Counted from the stretch's first letter, positions 29,085-38,710 are shown. The stretch is 64,000 nt of DNA from Candidatus Gottesmanbacteria bacterium (GCA_023245335.1 JAHFKK010000001.1:619282-683281), one strand, 5' to 3'. The notes: generated from the letters alone by a model not told the origin. Made by a program: numbers and translations.

Positions 29085-30749
29085 ATGCGGAAGTTTTTAG
29101 ATACCGTCATCTCGAAAAAAATAATCCTCGTCCTCATTATGTTGCTCGCCGCAACCTTGCGGTTGTGGCAACTTGGGAGCGTACCGCCAAACACGTCAAA
29201 TGATGAAGCCTCTATAGGGTATAATGCCTACTCGGTTTCAAAAATCGGTGTGGATGAGTACGGTAAATTCCCTCTTATTTCACAGCGAGCCTATGATGAC
29301 TGGCGGCGGTCTACATATCTCCTGCTTGTGGTGCCGTTTGTTTCAACGCTGGGTTTATACAATATCCCCATCCGGCTGCCCGCTGTTCTATTGGGGTTAT
29401 TCACTATCCTCGCGACCTATTATCTTGTGCGTGCGCTGTTTCGAAAGCGATCCCTTATTTCTGAAATTACCGCCCTTCTTGCAGCTCTTTTTCTGGCTAT
29501 TTCGCCCTGGCATGTCTACATATCGCGCTTAGGGCACGAGTCGAACGCATATATGTCATTTTTTGTCTTCGGCCTTCTGTTTTTTCTCTGGGGCGTCCGG
29601 GACGCGAAGAACATGTTTCTCTCTTTTCTTTTTTTTACCCTCTCGATGATAAGCTATTATGCAGGCCAGGTCATCGTGCCCCTCATAGCGTTGGGGCTTC
29701 TCTTTGTCTATTGGAAAGATCTTACCCGCCTGGTCATATCGGATAAGCGGGTGCTTTTCGGGTTTTTGGCGTTTGTAGTACTCCTTGTGCCTATCCTATG
29801 GTCCATATTTTCTCCGGAAGCGCTCATACGTTTTCATGGGACGAGCACATTTGATCCCTCGGCACATCCCGCAGAGTATGCACAGCTTGTTCTTCGCCGA
29901 AACCAATCCGCCGCCGCCCACGACGTCATCGGCATGATTCTCTACAACAGGAGAATTTTTCCAATCCGAGTATTTGTCGAAGGGTATCTTTCTCATTTCA
30001 GCCCCGGATGGCTCTTTACCAATTCCGGCAAGGAATCGTTCAAAATTCCCAACATGGGCCTTATAAATATATGGGAAATTCCGCTCATACTGATCGGTAT
30101 GCTTGCATTTCTTTTTCACAAGGATGTCGATACCAAGTCAAAGAAGCTTATCGTTCTCTGGTTTTTCCTTGCCGCAGTCCCGGCCGCAATCGCGACCCAA
30201 GCGCCGCACGCGATGCGGGCATACGCGTTTCTTCCGACGTGGGAGATTTTTTCGGCGTTTGGGCTTGCCTATATTTTTTCGCATGCGAAAAAAATACAGA
30301 TAGCTATCCTGGTGCTTTTCCTGGCGGTCGCGGTCTATGATACCCGCGCTTTGTACACGAATTACTTTGTGGTATTTCCGCGCGAACAGTCGGAATCGTT
30401 TTACTACGCCATGTCAAAAGCGGTTCCCTACGTGTTGTCGAAATCCGCGGGCTATGAGTCTGTCGTTTTTTCTAACAAGGACAGTCTATACCAGTCCTAC
30501 ATGGGATTTTTGTACTACAGCCGTTATGACCCGTCACTCTATCAAACGGAGGGCGGGACAAAATCAGGCGGGTTTGCGGAAACGCACCGTTTTGGCAAGT
30601 ATGAGTTCCGTCCGATCCATTGGGAGACCGAAAAAAATGTTGAAAAGACACTGTATGTAGGGAATGTCGCTGACTTTCCTGCGGGCTCCCAATTCATGAC
30701 CTTCACATCTCTGGATGGAAAACCGACCATACTTGCCGTGAGTAAGTAA
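29085..30749 (+). CDS. GT39/PMT-like (COG1807) GT-C glycosyltransferase, paralogue E
   Basis: 554 aa with 'SNDEASIGYNAYSVSKIGVDEYG', 'RLPAVLLGLF' and a C-terminal 'YDPSLYQ' domain. Confidence 0.7.
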   Translation: MRKFLDTVISKKIILVLIMLLAATLRLWQLGSVPPNTSNDEASIGYNAYSVSKIGVDEYGKFPLISQRAYDDWRRSTYLLLVVPFVSTLGLYNIPIRLPAVLLGLFTILATYYLVRALFRKRSLISEITALLAALFLAISPWHVYISRLGHESNAYMSFFVFGLLFFLWGVRDAKNMFLSFLFFTLSMISYYAGQVIVPLIALGLLFVYWKDLTRLVISDKRVLFGFLAFVVLLVPILWSIFSPEALIRFHGTSTFDPSAHPAEYAQLVLRRNQSAAAHDVIGMILYNRRIFPIRVFVEGYLSHFSPGWLFTNSGKESFKIPNMGLINIWEIPLILIGMLAFLFHKDVDTKSKKLIVLWFFLAAVPAAIATQAPHAMRAYAFLPTWEIFSAFGLAYIFSHAKKIQIAILVLFLAVAVYDTRALYTNYFVVFPREQSESFYYAMSKAVPYVLSKSAGYESVVFSNKDSLYQSYMGFLYYSRYDPSLYQTEGGTKSGGFAETHRFGKYEFRPIHWETEKNVEKTLYVGNVADFPAGSQFMTFTSLDGKPTILAVSK

Positions 30750-30762
30750 TAATTATATTGAC

Positions 30763-32241
30763 ATGAAATATCTCATCCTTTGCCTCGTTGCGGTCGCCGC
30801 AGTATTGGGAATAGCCCTTCGATCTGTTGAAGTCCTGAATCATAACTACGTATTCGTATACGACCAGGGTCTCGACATGTTGGCGGCCCGAAGTATCGCA
30901 GTTGATCACAAGCTGACACTCATAGGAAGCGAAGCGGGTGGGGGATTTGCAGGACTACCGGGCATTTTTCACGGTCCGGGTTATCATTATATATTGGCCG
31001 GGATTTCCGTTTTAACCCGGGGTGATCCGTACGGAGAAATATTTGCTCTTTGGGTTGCCAGCTTGTTGAGCGTTTGGTTTCTTTATCTCATCGGCAAAAG
31101 GCTTTTCGGATTCTGGGGCGGAGTGGCGACGGCTGTCATAGCGCTTGTCTCGCCTGCGTTTATCGGCATGAGCCGGATGATATGGGCGCCAAACTTCGCA
31201 GGGTTATTTGTTGTAGCGTACATTGCCGCACTCCTGGTACGAAAGCACAAAAACTTTTCGGATGGTTTGCTTCTCGGGTTGTCTGCGGCATTCCTGTACA
31301 ATTTTGAAATACCGCTTGCGGCCGCAGCGTGCTTGGGTGCGCTAGCATACCTCATCTTCGTAGACAGGATAAAAGTCTTCCGCGTTTGGGGGGGATTTAT
31401 CCTGGGCTGTGCCGTCGCATTTCTTCCGATGGCAGCTTTTGACGCACGGCACGGCTGGCTTACAACGCGGGGGCTTGTCGGCTTTTTCCTGCATCCTGCC
31501 GTAGTTACAAAGACTGCACCGTTTGATGTCGCTGGGCATCTTTCCGTATTTCTCTACCATGCCAGCGGAATTTTTCCGTTCATCACAGGACTTCCGTTCT
31601 GGTTCTGGTTTGTGCTCCTTGCCCTAGGTGTGTGGTTTTTCCGTCCTGGCGTTAAGGAACGAGAGGCCAGGAACGGAATGTCAGGACTCGTCCTTTTGGT
31701 TTTAGCACATATCGTTCTCTTTCTGCCGTACCGGAATCCTATTTATGGTCATTATCTGACCATATTGTCGTATGTGTACGTTTTGGTCGCGGGAGGAATT
31801 ATAGCTCGTATCATAGCGACGCGCCGGTGGGTCATATTGACGGTCTCCGCCATTTTGTTCATTGTGCCTAGTATCCTTTCGTATCCCAAAACCATCAGTA
31901 CTGATTATCACGACTACGGGGGCACTGCAAAAATCCGCGGTAAGAAAGACGCCGTTGATTTTATTTACCGCGATGCCAAGGGCGCTCCTTTCGGGCTTTT
32001 GGTGTTTTCGCCTCCGGTATACACCTATCCATATGAATATGTACTACAATGGTATGCGAAATCGCGATACGGCTATTTGCCGACGGCGGGAAAAGATAAA
32101 ATCTTTTATCTATTGATCGAACCCGACCCGGAGAAGCCGTGGAGTTACCGTGGTTGGCTTGAAACGGTCATAAAGTCGGGAACGACGATAGCTTCGTGGA
32201 CATTGCCGAGCGGATTTATGATAGAAAAGAGGATGGAGTAG
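30763..32241 (+). CDS. Divergent ArnT/COG1807-like GT-C membrane glycosyltransferase (DQG variant), paralogue of 21822..23333
   Basis: 492 aa with 'VFVYDQGLDMLAARS' and 'HGPGYHYILAGI'. Its topology is the same as 21822..23333. Confidence 0.55.
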   Translation: MKYLILCLVAVAAVLGIALRSVEVLNHNYVFVYDQGLDMLAARSIAVDHKLTLIGSEAGGGFAGLPGIFHGPGYHYILAGISVLTRGDPYGEIFALWVASLLSVWFLYLIGKRLFGFWGGVATAVIALVSPAFIGMSRMIWAPNFAGLFVVAYIAALLVRKHKNFSDGLLLGLSAAFLYNFEIPLAAAACLGALAYLIFVDRIKVFRVWGGFILGCAVAFLPMAAFDARHGWLTTRGLVGFFLHPAVVTKTAPFDVAGHLSVFLYHASGIFPFITGLPFWFWFVLLALGVWFFRPGVKEREARNGMSGLVLLVLAHIVLFLPYRNPIYGHYLTILSYVYVLVAGGIIARIIATRRWVILTVSAILFIVPSILSYPKTISTDYHDYGGTAKIRGKKDAVDFIYRDAKGAPFGLLVFSPPVYTYPYEYVLQWYAKSRYGYLPTAGKDKIFYLLIEPDPEKPWSYRGWLETVIKSGTTIASWTLPSGFMIEKRME

Positions 32242-32245
32242 TTAT

Positions 32246-33883
32246 ATGAATAAAACACCAAGGCATGGATGGTGGTGGCTTGTCGTTTTCGTTCTTTCAC
32301 TTCTGCCTCTTTTGGACCTTTTGCACCCCGGCCTCCCGGTGACGCATGACGGACAGGATCATGTCGCGCGCATCGCGAATTTTTATCAAAGCATTTCGGA
32401 GGGGAATCCCGTTCCCCGATGGGCGGCAAACCTCAATTGGGGATATGGGCATCCGGTTGTCATGTTTTTATACCCGTTGCCGTCCTATGTCGCATCTTTC
32501 TTCCATACTGCGGGATTCTCGTTTGTGGACAGTACGAAGCTCGTATTCGCGGCAGCATTTGCCGCTAGCATGCTCGCTATGTTTCTTTGGTTGAGTGCGG
32601 TTTGGGGGGTGATACCGGGCGTTGTCGGAGCGGTGTTGTACGGATTTGCACCCTATCGGTTTGTGGATCTGTACGTGCGGGGGGCGATCGGGGAGCATGT
32701 GGCGTTTGTGTTTTTGCCGGTGGTTTTATGGGGGATTTCGATACTCAAAAAGAAACGAATGTCTCGGACGGGGATAGCGGCTGTTACCTTAGGGACTACT
32801 GCGCTCATCCTTTCCCATAATGCGCTAAGTATTATGTTTTTGCCGATCATTCTCTTCTATGTTCTGTATGTATCCTTCGATCATGAAGATAATCCGTTGA
32901 GTCTTTTGGTGATCTCGGCGATCTCAATCGGTACAGGATTTGTGCTGTCGGCGTTTTTTTGGGTGCCGGCCTTTCTGGAAGGGAAGTATACGCTCCGGGA
33001 CATAGTGACTGCCGGGCAGTTCAATGAAAGGTTCGTTCCCTGGCTATGGTTTATCTATTCCCAGTGGAATTATGGAGGCGGAGATACGCTCTCTAAATCT
33101 TTAGGGTGGGCGCAACTTGTCGCAATCGTCATGTCCGTTGTAGCGCTTGCGAAACGCAAAAAGGATCGTGTGCTCCTCGGAGGCGCTCTTTGTATTCTTT
33201 TTGTGTCGCTTATCGTCATGACGTCGCTTTCCGGCCCTCTTTGGATTCATGTGAGCTTGCTGCAGAAATTCCAGTTTCCCTGGAGGTTTCTCTCCTTGAG
33301 CGTTTTTGCGACCGCGTTTCTCGGCGCCCTTTTTGTCGCATCGATCGAGAAAAAGCAAAAGGTGATCGCGCTGGGTCTTTGTTCCCTCGCAATACTCGGT
33401 ACGGCCAACATGTGGCGCGCACGGGTCTACAAGACGTATCCCGAGTCGTTTTTTACCGGCATATATCACGGGACGACGGATACCGGGGAAAGCAGTCCCA
33501 TCTGGTCGATCCGGTTTATGGAGCACGAAGCCACGTCCTCGATGTCCCTGGTATCCGGAGCGGCAGTGATAAGTCCTCAATCGCGGACGACTACCAGACA
33601 TACGTACGAGGTGACCGCAAGCGCCCAATCACGATTGGTAGAAAATACGCTGTATTTTCCGGGCTGGAATGTCTTGGTGGATAGAACGCCCGCCGCACTT
33701 CAGTTTCAGGATCCCTCATATCGCGGGCTTATGACGTTTATGGTGTCACCCGGCTCACATACGGTTGACGTGGTTTTTACCGATACAAAACTGAGGAAAT
33801 TAAGTAATGCCGCGAGCCTTGGAAGCTTCGTGCTGTTTACCCTCGTTCTTGGTACAATGCCCCTATGGCGGCGAAAAAAATGA
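32246..33883 (+). CDS. Membrane protein with PTPS-related (PF10131-like) domain and YfhO-type C-terminal module (paralogue 2)
   Basis: 545 aa with 'HDGQDHVARIANFY...PRWAANLNWGYGHPVVMFLY' and the C-terminus 'LYFPGWNVLVD...VSPGSHTVDVVF' followed by a TM. Confidence 0.65.
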   Translation: MNKTPRHGWWWLVVFVLSLLPLLDLLHPGLPVTHDGQDHVARIANFYQSISEGNPVPRWAANLNWGYGHPVVMFLYPLPSYVASFFHTAGFSFVDSTKLVFAAAFAASMLAMFLWLSAVWGVIPGVVGAVLYGFAPYRFVDLYVRGAIGEHVAFVFLPVVLWGISILKKKRMSRTGIAAVTLGTTALILSHNALSIMFLPIILFYVLYVSFDHEDNPLSLLVISAISIGTGFVLSAFFWVPAFLEGKYTLRDIVTAGQFNERFVPWLWFIYSQWNYGGGDTLSKSLGWAQLVAIVMSVVALAKRKKDRVLLGGALCILFVSLIVMTSLSGPLWIHVSLLQKFQFPWRFLSLSVFATAFLGALFVASIEKKQKVIALGLCSLAILGTANMWRARVYKTYPESFFTGIYHGTTDTGESSPIWSIRFMEHEATSSMSLVSGAAVISPQSRTTTRHTYEVTASAQSRLVENTLYFPGWNVLVDRTPAALQFQDPSYRGLMTFMVSPGSHTVDVVFTDTKLRKLSNAASLGSFVLFTLVLGTMPLWRRKK

Positions 33884-34638
33884 AGATGTCCGTCGCGATG
33901 GCGACGTTCAACGAAGAAAAGAATCTCGATGCATGTCTCGGAACGGTGAGCGCGTGGGTCGATGAAACGGTCATTGTCGATGGGGGATCAAAGGATAGGA
34001 CTGTCGCAATCGCGAGGAAGTACGGCGCAACCGTCATCGAAACGGACAATCCGCCGATATTCCATATCAATAAGCAAAAGGCTCTGGATGCGTGTCACGG
34101 GGACTGGATACTGCAGTTGGACGCCGACGAAGTGGTAGACGGTGCGCTCCGTGATGAGATACTCGCGGTCATACATAATCCCGATGCCAAAGACGCATAC
34201 TACCTGCCCCGAAAGAATTTCTTCATAGGACACTGGTTGTCCAAGGGGGGACAATATCCCGACTACCTTATCCGTCTCTTCCGAAATGGCAAAGGGAAAT
34301 TCCCGAATAGAAGCGTTCATGAACAGATTGCAGTATCGGGATCGGTCGGGTATCTTACCAAACCACTTTTGCACTATACAAACCGGACATTTGCCGATTA
34401 TTGGCGAAAAGCGGGCACCTATACGACGCTCACCTCGGATGAGCTTCTAGCCTGTCACACAGGTAAAGACCCTCTAACATTTGTGCGCTTCATGGTCCTA
34501 AAGCCTCTATGGACTTTTCTAAGGCTGTATATCCGTCACAAAGGCTTTGTTGACGGCATGTGGGGATTTCTATTTGCGCTTTTTTCCGGACTTCATTACC
34601 CGATCGCGTATTGGAAATATCTGACCCGCGCGGCATAA
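33865..34638 (+). CDS. GT2 glycosyltransferase (WaaE-like); paralogue of 4123..4890
   Basis: 257 aa with 'MSVAMATFNEEKNL', 'VDGGSKDRT', 'LDADE' and 'YLIRLFRNG'. The start may be the Met at 33880 or 33886. Confidence 0.7.
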   Translation: MAAKKMKMSVAMATFNEEKNLDACLGTVSAWVDETVIVDGGSKDRTVAIARKYGATVIETDNPPIFHINKQKALDACHGDWILQLDADEVVDGALRDEILAVIHNPDAKDAYYLPRKNFFIGHWLSKGGQYPDYLIRLFRNGKGKFPNRSVHEQIAVSGSVGYLTKPLLHYTNRTFADYWRKAGTYTTLTSDELLACHTGKDPLTFVRFMVLKPLWTFLRLYIRHKGFVDGMWGFLFALFSGLHYPIAYWKYLTRAA

Positions 34639-34655
34639 GCTAAGGGAGAAATTAT

Positions 34656-35822
34656 ATGGTCAAACGCCGTTACACAGTATTCCGATTCCGTCATATAGTA
34701 CCTTTATTACTTTTCGTCGCGGTCCTTGTAACTCCGCTCTCCATCGTCATTCCCCGATGGGCTTATTACTTAAGTCCATATTATGGAGAAGCTATTTTCA
34801 AGGGATTAGAGCGTGCATTTAATACGTCTCAATACCGTGTAAAAAATAGCCCCTCAATAATGCCGGATGAAACGCTATTTTCCTATGTTTCGGGCGCATA
34901 TCTCCGCGGTATGGATCCGATACTCGCTAATTCCGAGCACACGCCTTTGGGGAAATATATGATCGCCGTATCCATATATTTTCTCCATAATGACCGTTTT
35001 CCCACACTCGTCTTTGGAGTGCTATCCGGAGTGAGCATATGGCTCGTGGGATCTATGGCGTTAGGGAGCAGTACGCTGGCCCTCATTCCCGTACTTATAA
35101 TCACTCTTGACCGGTTGTTTACGAACCAACTCATTATTGCGCCGCTTTTGGATATCATCCAGCTGCCGTTTATCTTTTTTGCTCTCGCGGCATTCATACA
35201 TGAGCGTCAGAGCGGGAAGTATATCTTCACTGCCGTAAGTATCGGGACAGTCATAGCGACAAAAACGGTAGTGCCTGGCATACTTTTGGTAGGGTGTATG
35301 GGCCTGTTTCTTTTGTTGAGGAAAGATATCCGCGGAGCAGTGACGTTTAGCCTTTGGTTGCCGATCGCATTTCTTGTGTTGCTACTCTCGTACACACGGA
35401 CATTTATGAGCGGATATACTTTTTGGGATTTTCTCAAATTTCAGAAATGGATATTTTTGTATCAGGGCAGTAAGCTCATATATCCGTTTTCTTCTCTGCG
35501 GCTTCTCCTTTTTAACCAGTGGCAGACCTGGTGGGCAGGAAACAAGATCGTGTCAGCTGTCGACTGGAGCATACTTTGGCCCATAAGCACGGTGAGCTCG
35601 GTTGGCGTGGGAATATGGATGGCCGTCCGTAAGACCTGGGCCAACAAGATGTTGTCGTTACTCCTGCTTTGGATAGTCGTGTACCAACTTTTCTTATGTC
35701 TCGGCGTCGTGTCCTCCCGCTTTTTTCTGCCTCTACTTCCGGCACAATACATTCTCCTTACCTATGGTGCTATGGTTATTTGGAACCATCTGCGGGCCCG
35801 AAATGCCACACGAGCCCGGTGA
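34656..35822 (+). CDS. Small polytopic membrane protein, putative minimal GT-C-like glycosyltransferase
   Basis: 388 aa. A first-loop 'MPDETLFSYVSGAYLRGMDP' (DE motif after TM1) is followed by about 10 TM helices. Confidence 0.45.
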   Translation: MVKRRYTVFRFRHIVPLLLFVAVLVTPLSIVIPRWAYYLSPYYGEAIFKGLERAFNTSQYRVKNSPSIMPDETLFSYVSGAYLRGMDPILANSEHTPLGKYMIAVSIYFLHNDRFPTLVFGVLSGVSIWLVGSMALGSSTLALIPVLIITLDRLFTNQLIIAPLLDIIQLPFIFFALAAFIHERQSGKYIFTAVSIGTVIATKTVVPGILLVGCMGLFLLLRKDIRGAVTFSLWLPIAFLVLLLSYTRTFMSGYTFWDFLKFQKWIFLYQGSKLIYPFSSLRLLLFNQWQTWWAGNKIVSAVDWSILWPISTVSSVGVGIWMAVRKTWANKMLSLLLLWIVVYQLFLCLGVVSSRFFLPLLPAQYILLTYGAMVIWNHLRARNATRAR

Positions 35823-35867
35823 TTTGTATTCACCCGTTGTATCCGTTATACTCATCCGCAAGCCTTT

Positions 35868-36932
35868 ATGCGTATCGCCATAAGCACACTTCCGCTTACG
35901 ACCGGTCACAAAGACAGGGGCATCGGGACATATACGCGTGAGCTTGTTGAAGCCCTCAAATCCGTAAAGTCCAAGCACTCTTTTTCGTTTTTTTCTAAGG
36001 ATTCTGAAATTCCCAAAAATGCGGACGTCGTTCATTATCCGTTTTTTGACCCTTTCTTCTTGACGCTTCCGGTATTTCGCGGGAAGCCTACGGTCGTCAC
36101 CGTACATGATCTTATTCCGATTGTGTTTCCGGAGCATTTCCCCCGCGGAATCCGAGGCGAAGTGAAATGGCAGGTGCAGAGGAAAAACCTCACCGGGGTG
36201 ACGCACGTCATCACTGACTCCGAATGCTCAAAGCGGGATATCGTTCGTTTTGTCGGGCTGGATGACGCTAAGATTACGGTCGTACCGCTCGCGCCGCCTG
36301 CCAGTATGACCCCCATGCGTGATCCTACCAAACTCGCAGCGATTATGGAGCGCTATCATTTGCCTCATCATTTTGCCATGTATGTGGGAGACGTGAATTG
36401 GAATAAAAATATTATCGGATTACTTCATGCATGGCAGCGTGTTACGGCGAGGAGAAATTTGCCGGAAGGAGCCAAACTCATACTTGTCGGTAAAGCGTTT
36501 AAACAGGAAGGGTTGCTGGAGGCCGAGGCGATAGAGCGGACCATCCAGGAACTTCGGATAGGAGACTCTGTTCATCGTGTCGGGTACGTACCGGACGAGG
36601 ACCTGCGCGGGCTCTACATGCTTTCCCATGCATGTGTATTTCCATCACTTTATGAGGGATTCGGTTTGCCCATTCTCGAAGCCATGTCCTGTGGCGGTAT
36701 AGTCGTATCTTCTTCAGCTGCCAGCCTTTCCGAAGTGGCAGGACCCGCTGTTATCGTAAATCCCGAAGATCCCAAAGATATCGCATCGGGTATACTGAAA
36801 GCATGTCAGCTTCCTACGCAAAAACGCGAGGAGCTTGTGGACGAGGGTATCGCTTGGGCAAAGCGGTTTACCTGGCCACGTGTTGCGAGGGCTACGATAG
36901 CGGTGTATGAACACATGGCGGAAAGACCTTAA
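35868..36932 (+). CDS. GT4 (group 1) glycosyltransferase
   Basis: 354 aa with the 'EGFGLPILEAMSCGGIVVSS' GT-B C-terminal domain motif. Confidence 0.75.
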   Translation: MRIAISTLPLTTGHKDRGIGTYTRELVEALKSVKSKHSFSFFSKDSEIPKNADVVHYPFFDPFFLTLPVFRGKPTVVTVHDLIPIVFPEHFPRGIRGEVKWQVQRKNLTGVTHVITDSECSKRDIVRFVGLDDAKITVVPLAPPASMTPMRDPTKLAAIMERYHLPHHFAMYVGDVNWNKNIIGLLHAWQRVTARRNLPEGAKLILVGKAFKQEGLLEAEAIERTIQELRIGDSVHRVGYVPDEDLRGLYMLSHACVFPSLYEGFGLPILEAMSCGGIVVSSSAASLSEVAGPAVIVNPEDPKDIASGILKACQLPTQKREELVDEGIAWAKRFTWPRVARATIAVYEHMAERP

Positions 36933-37989
36933 ATTCATTCTCCCCGCGTTTCTCATCTGGCGCATAAGCTTATACGGAATAGAGCTTGTCAGCCGAGGGT
37001 GGTGGCAGCCACAGTTTCTTTTCCTCATGAGTCATTGGGCGAATTTCGACGGATTGCAGTATATCGTGATCGCGACGCAAGGATATCTGCAGTACCAACA
37101 AGCGTATTTTCCGCTCTATCCCATCTTAATCGCGCTGGTTCATATACTTAATCCCGGATTCCCGCCTGTTACGACGGCACTTATCATCTCGCATCTAGCA
37201 TTTTTTGCGGGCTTACTCTGCTTTTATCGGTTCGCGAGACAGTATGGTGAGGACGTTGCCCGTTGGGCAACGCTTCTGCTCCTTACGTTTCCGATGAGTT
37301 ATTACTTCGCAAGCGCGTACACGGAAAGTCTATTTTTTTGTTTGGTCGCAGCTTTTTTACTTTTGTGCCGAAATAAATATTTTCTGTGGGCCGCAGTTAT
37401 CGGGATGTTTGCCTCAGCGACACGGTTAGTCGGCATACTTCTTCTCCCGTATCTCGTTTGGGAAATGTGGCGCGATGGGCGGAAATGGGGTATGAGTGTC
37501 GCACTTTTGGCGCCTTTGGGCCTTGCGGCATATATGGTATTTCTTCTCTATACCACGGGAGATCCTCTGGCATTTATCCACGTGCAGCCGTATTTCGGCG
37601 CGCACAGGACCGGCGGAACGATCGTACTCCTTCCTCAAGTGCTGTGGCGATACTTCAAAATTCTCACAAGTGTTTCTCCGCGGACATTTTCATATTGGGT
37701 GGCCGTTTCCGAGTTAGCAGCATTATTTTACGGTGCATATGTTATTCTCCGGGCGCTTTTGAAACGGGAGTTTGTCGCATTGAGCATCTACTGTGCGGCC
37801 GTACTTCTGTTGCCGACACTGACGGGTACACTGTCATCTCTCCCGCGATATATTCTTTCTGCATTCCCGCTTTTCATTGTCACGGCAAAGTTGCATAATG
37901 ATCGGATAAAGATAGCGATGTTCGCGATCGGAGCGGTCGGATTGACCGTCGCGACGTCGTTTTACCTTTCCGGATATTTTATTTCATAA
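36907..37989 (+). CDS. PIG-V/GT76-like membrane mannosyltransferase homologue
   Basis: 360 aa with 'WANFDGLQYIVIATQGYLQYQQAYFPLYP' and 'YTESLFFCL', matching the GPI mannosyltransferase 2 (PIG-V) signature region. Polytopic. Confidence 0.5.
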   Translation: MNTWRKDLKFILPAFLIWRISLYGIELVSRGWWQPQFLFLMSHWANFDGLQYIVIATQGYLQYQQAYFPLYPILIALVHILNPGFPPVTTALIISHLAFFAGLLCFYRFARQYGEDVARWATLLLLTFPMSYYFASAYTESLFFCLVAAFLLLCRNKYFLWAAVIGMFASATRLVGILLLPYLVWEMWRDGRKWGMSVALLAPLGLAAYMVFLLYTTGDPLAFIHVQPYFGAHRTGGTIVLLPQVLWRYFKILTSVSPRTFSYWVAVSELAALFYGAYVILRALLKREFVALSIYCAAVLLLPTLTGTLSSLPRYILSAFPLFIVTAKLHNDRIKIAMFAIGAVGLTVATSFYLSGYFIS

Positions 37990-37993
37990 CTTT

Positions 37994-38710
37994 ATGCCGA
38001 CAGTATCCATACTTATCCCGGTTTTTAACGAGGAAAATACGATCGTTTCCACTTTGGAGCGCGTGTCGGGGGCGGTAACGCCGGGATGGAAGAAGCAGAT
38101 GATAGTCGTGGATGACGGGTCAACCGATGGTACGTGGTCTGAGCTTAGCGGGTGGAAAAAGCGCTGCACCGTGGTCCGGTCCCCAAAAAACGGAGGCAAA
38201 GGAACAGCTTTGTCACTGGGGTTTGCCAAGGCAGTAGGAGACCTCATACTTATCCAGGATGCGGATTTGGAATATAGCCCTGATGATTACCCTGTGCTCC
38301 TCAAACCGTTTGATGACCCCCGCGTCCAGGTAGTCTACGGGTCTCGCTTTTTGGGGTCCCACCTTTCCACCATGTTTATTTATGCATTGGGAAACAAATT
38401 CGTCACACTGATAACGAACATTCTCTTCAACACCAATATAAGCGACATGGAAACCGGTTATAAAGTATTCCGGAAAAATGTGCTTACGGATGTCATGCCC
38501 ATCACGGCTCATAGATTTGATTTCGAACCCGAATTTACAGCAAAGGCGCTTCGTGCCGGGTACCAGATCTACGAAGTGCCGATTTCGTATTTCGGACGCA
38601 AATTTTCCGAAGGCAAGAAGTTGACGTGGCGAGACGGAATAGCCGCGTTAGGAACGCTTCTTAGACTCCGTTGGTGGCGACCGGAGAGTCTCACAAAGGA
38701 GAGCGCGTGA
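37994..38710 (+). CDS. GT2 glycosyltransferase, DPM1/GtrB-like polyprenyl-phosphate sugar synthase
   Basis: 238 aa with 'VSILIPVFNEENTI', 'VVDDGSTDGT' and 'QDADLEYSP'. The short DPM1-like length includes a C-terminal amphipathic region. Confidence 0.8.
   Translation: MPTVSILIPVFNEENTIVSTLERVSGAVTPGWKKQMIVVDDGSTDGTWSELSGWKKRCTVVRSPKNGGKGTALSLGFAKAVGDLILIQDADLEYSPDDYPVLLKPFDDPRVQVVYGSRFLGSHLSTMFIYALGNKFVTLITNILFNTNISDMETGYKVFRKNVLTDVMPITAHRFDFEPEFTAKALRAGYQIYEVPISYFGRKFSEGKKLTWRDGIAALGTLLRLRWWRPESLTKESA

Noticed and set aside
33101-33684. Pair of long overlapping ORFs (175 aa on the minus strand, 192 aa on the plus strand) inside the PTPS-related gene
   Set aside because: Both are alternate frames of a confidently called membrane protein. 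Their Arg/Gly/Cys-rich translations are typical of out-of-frame reads.
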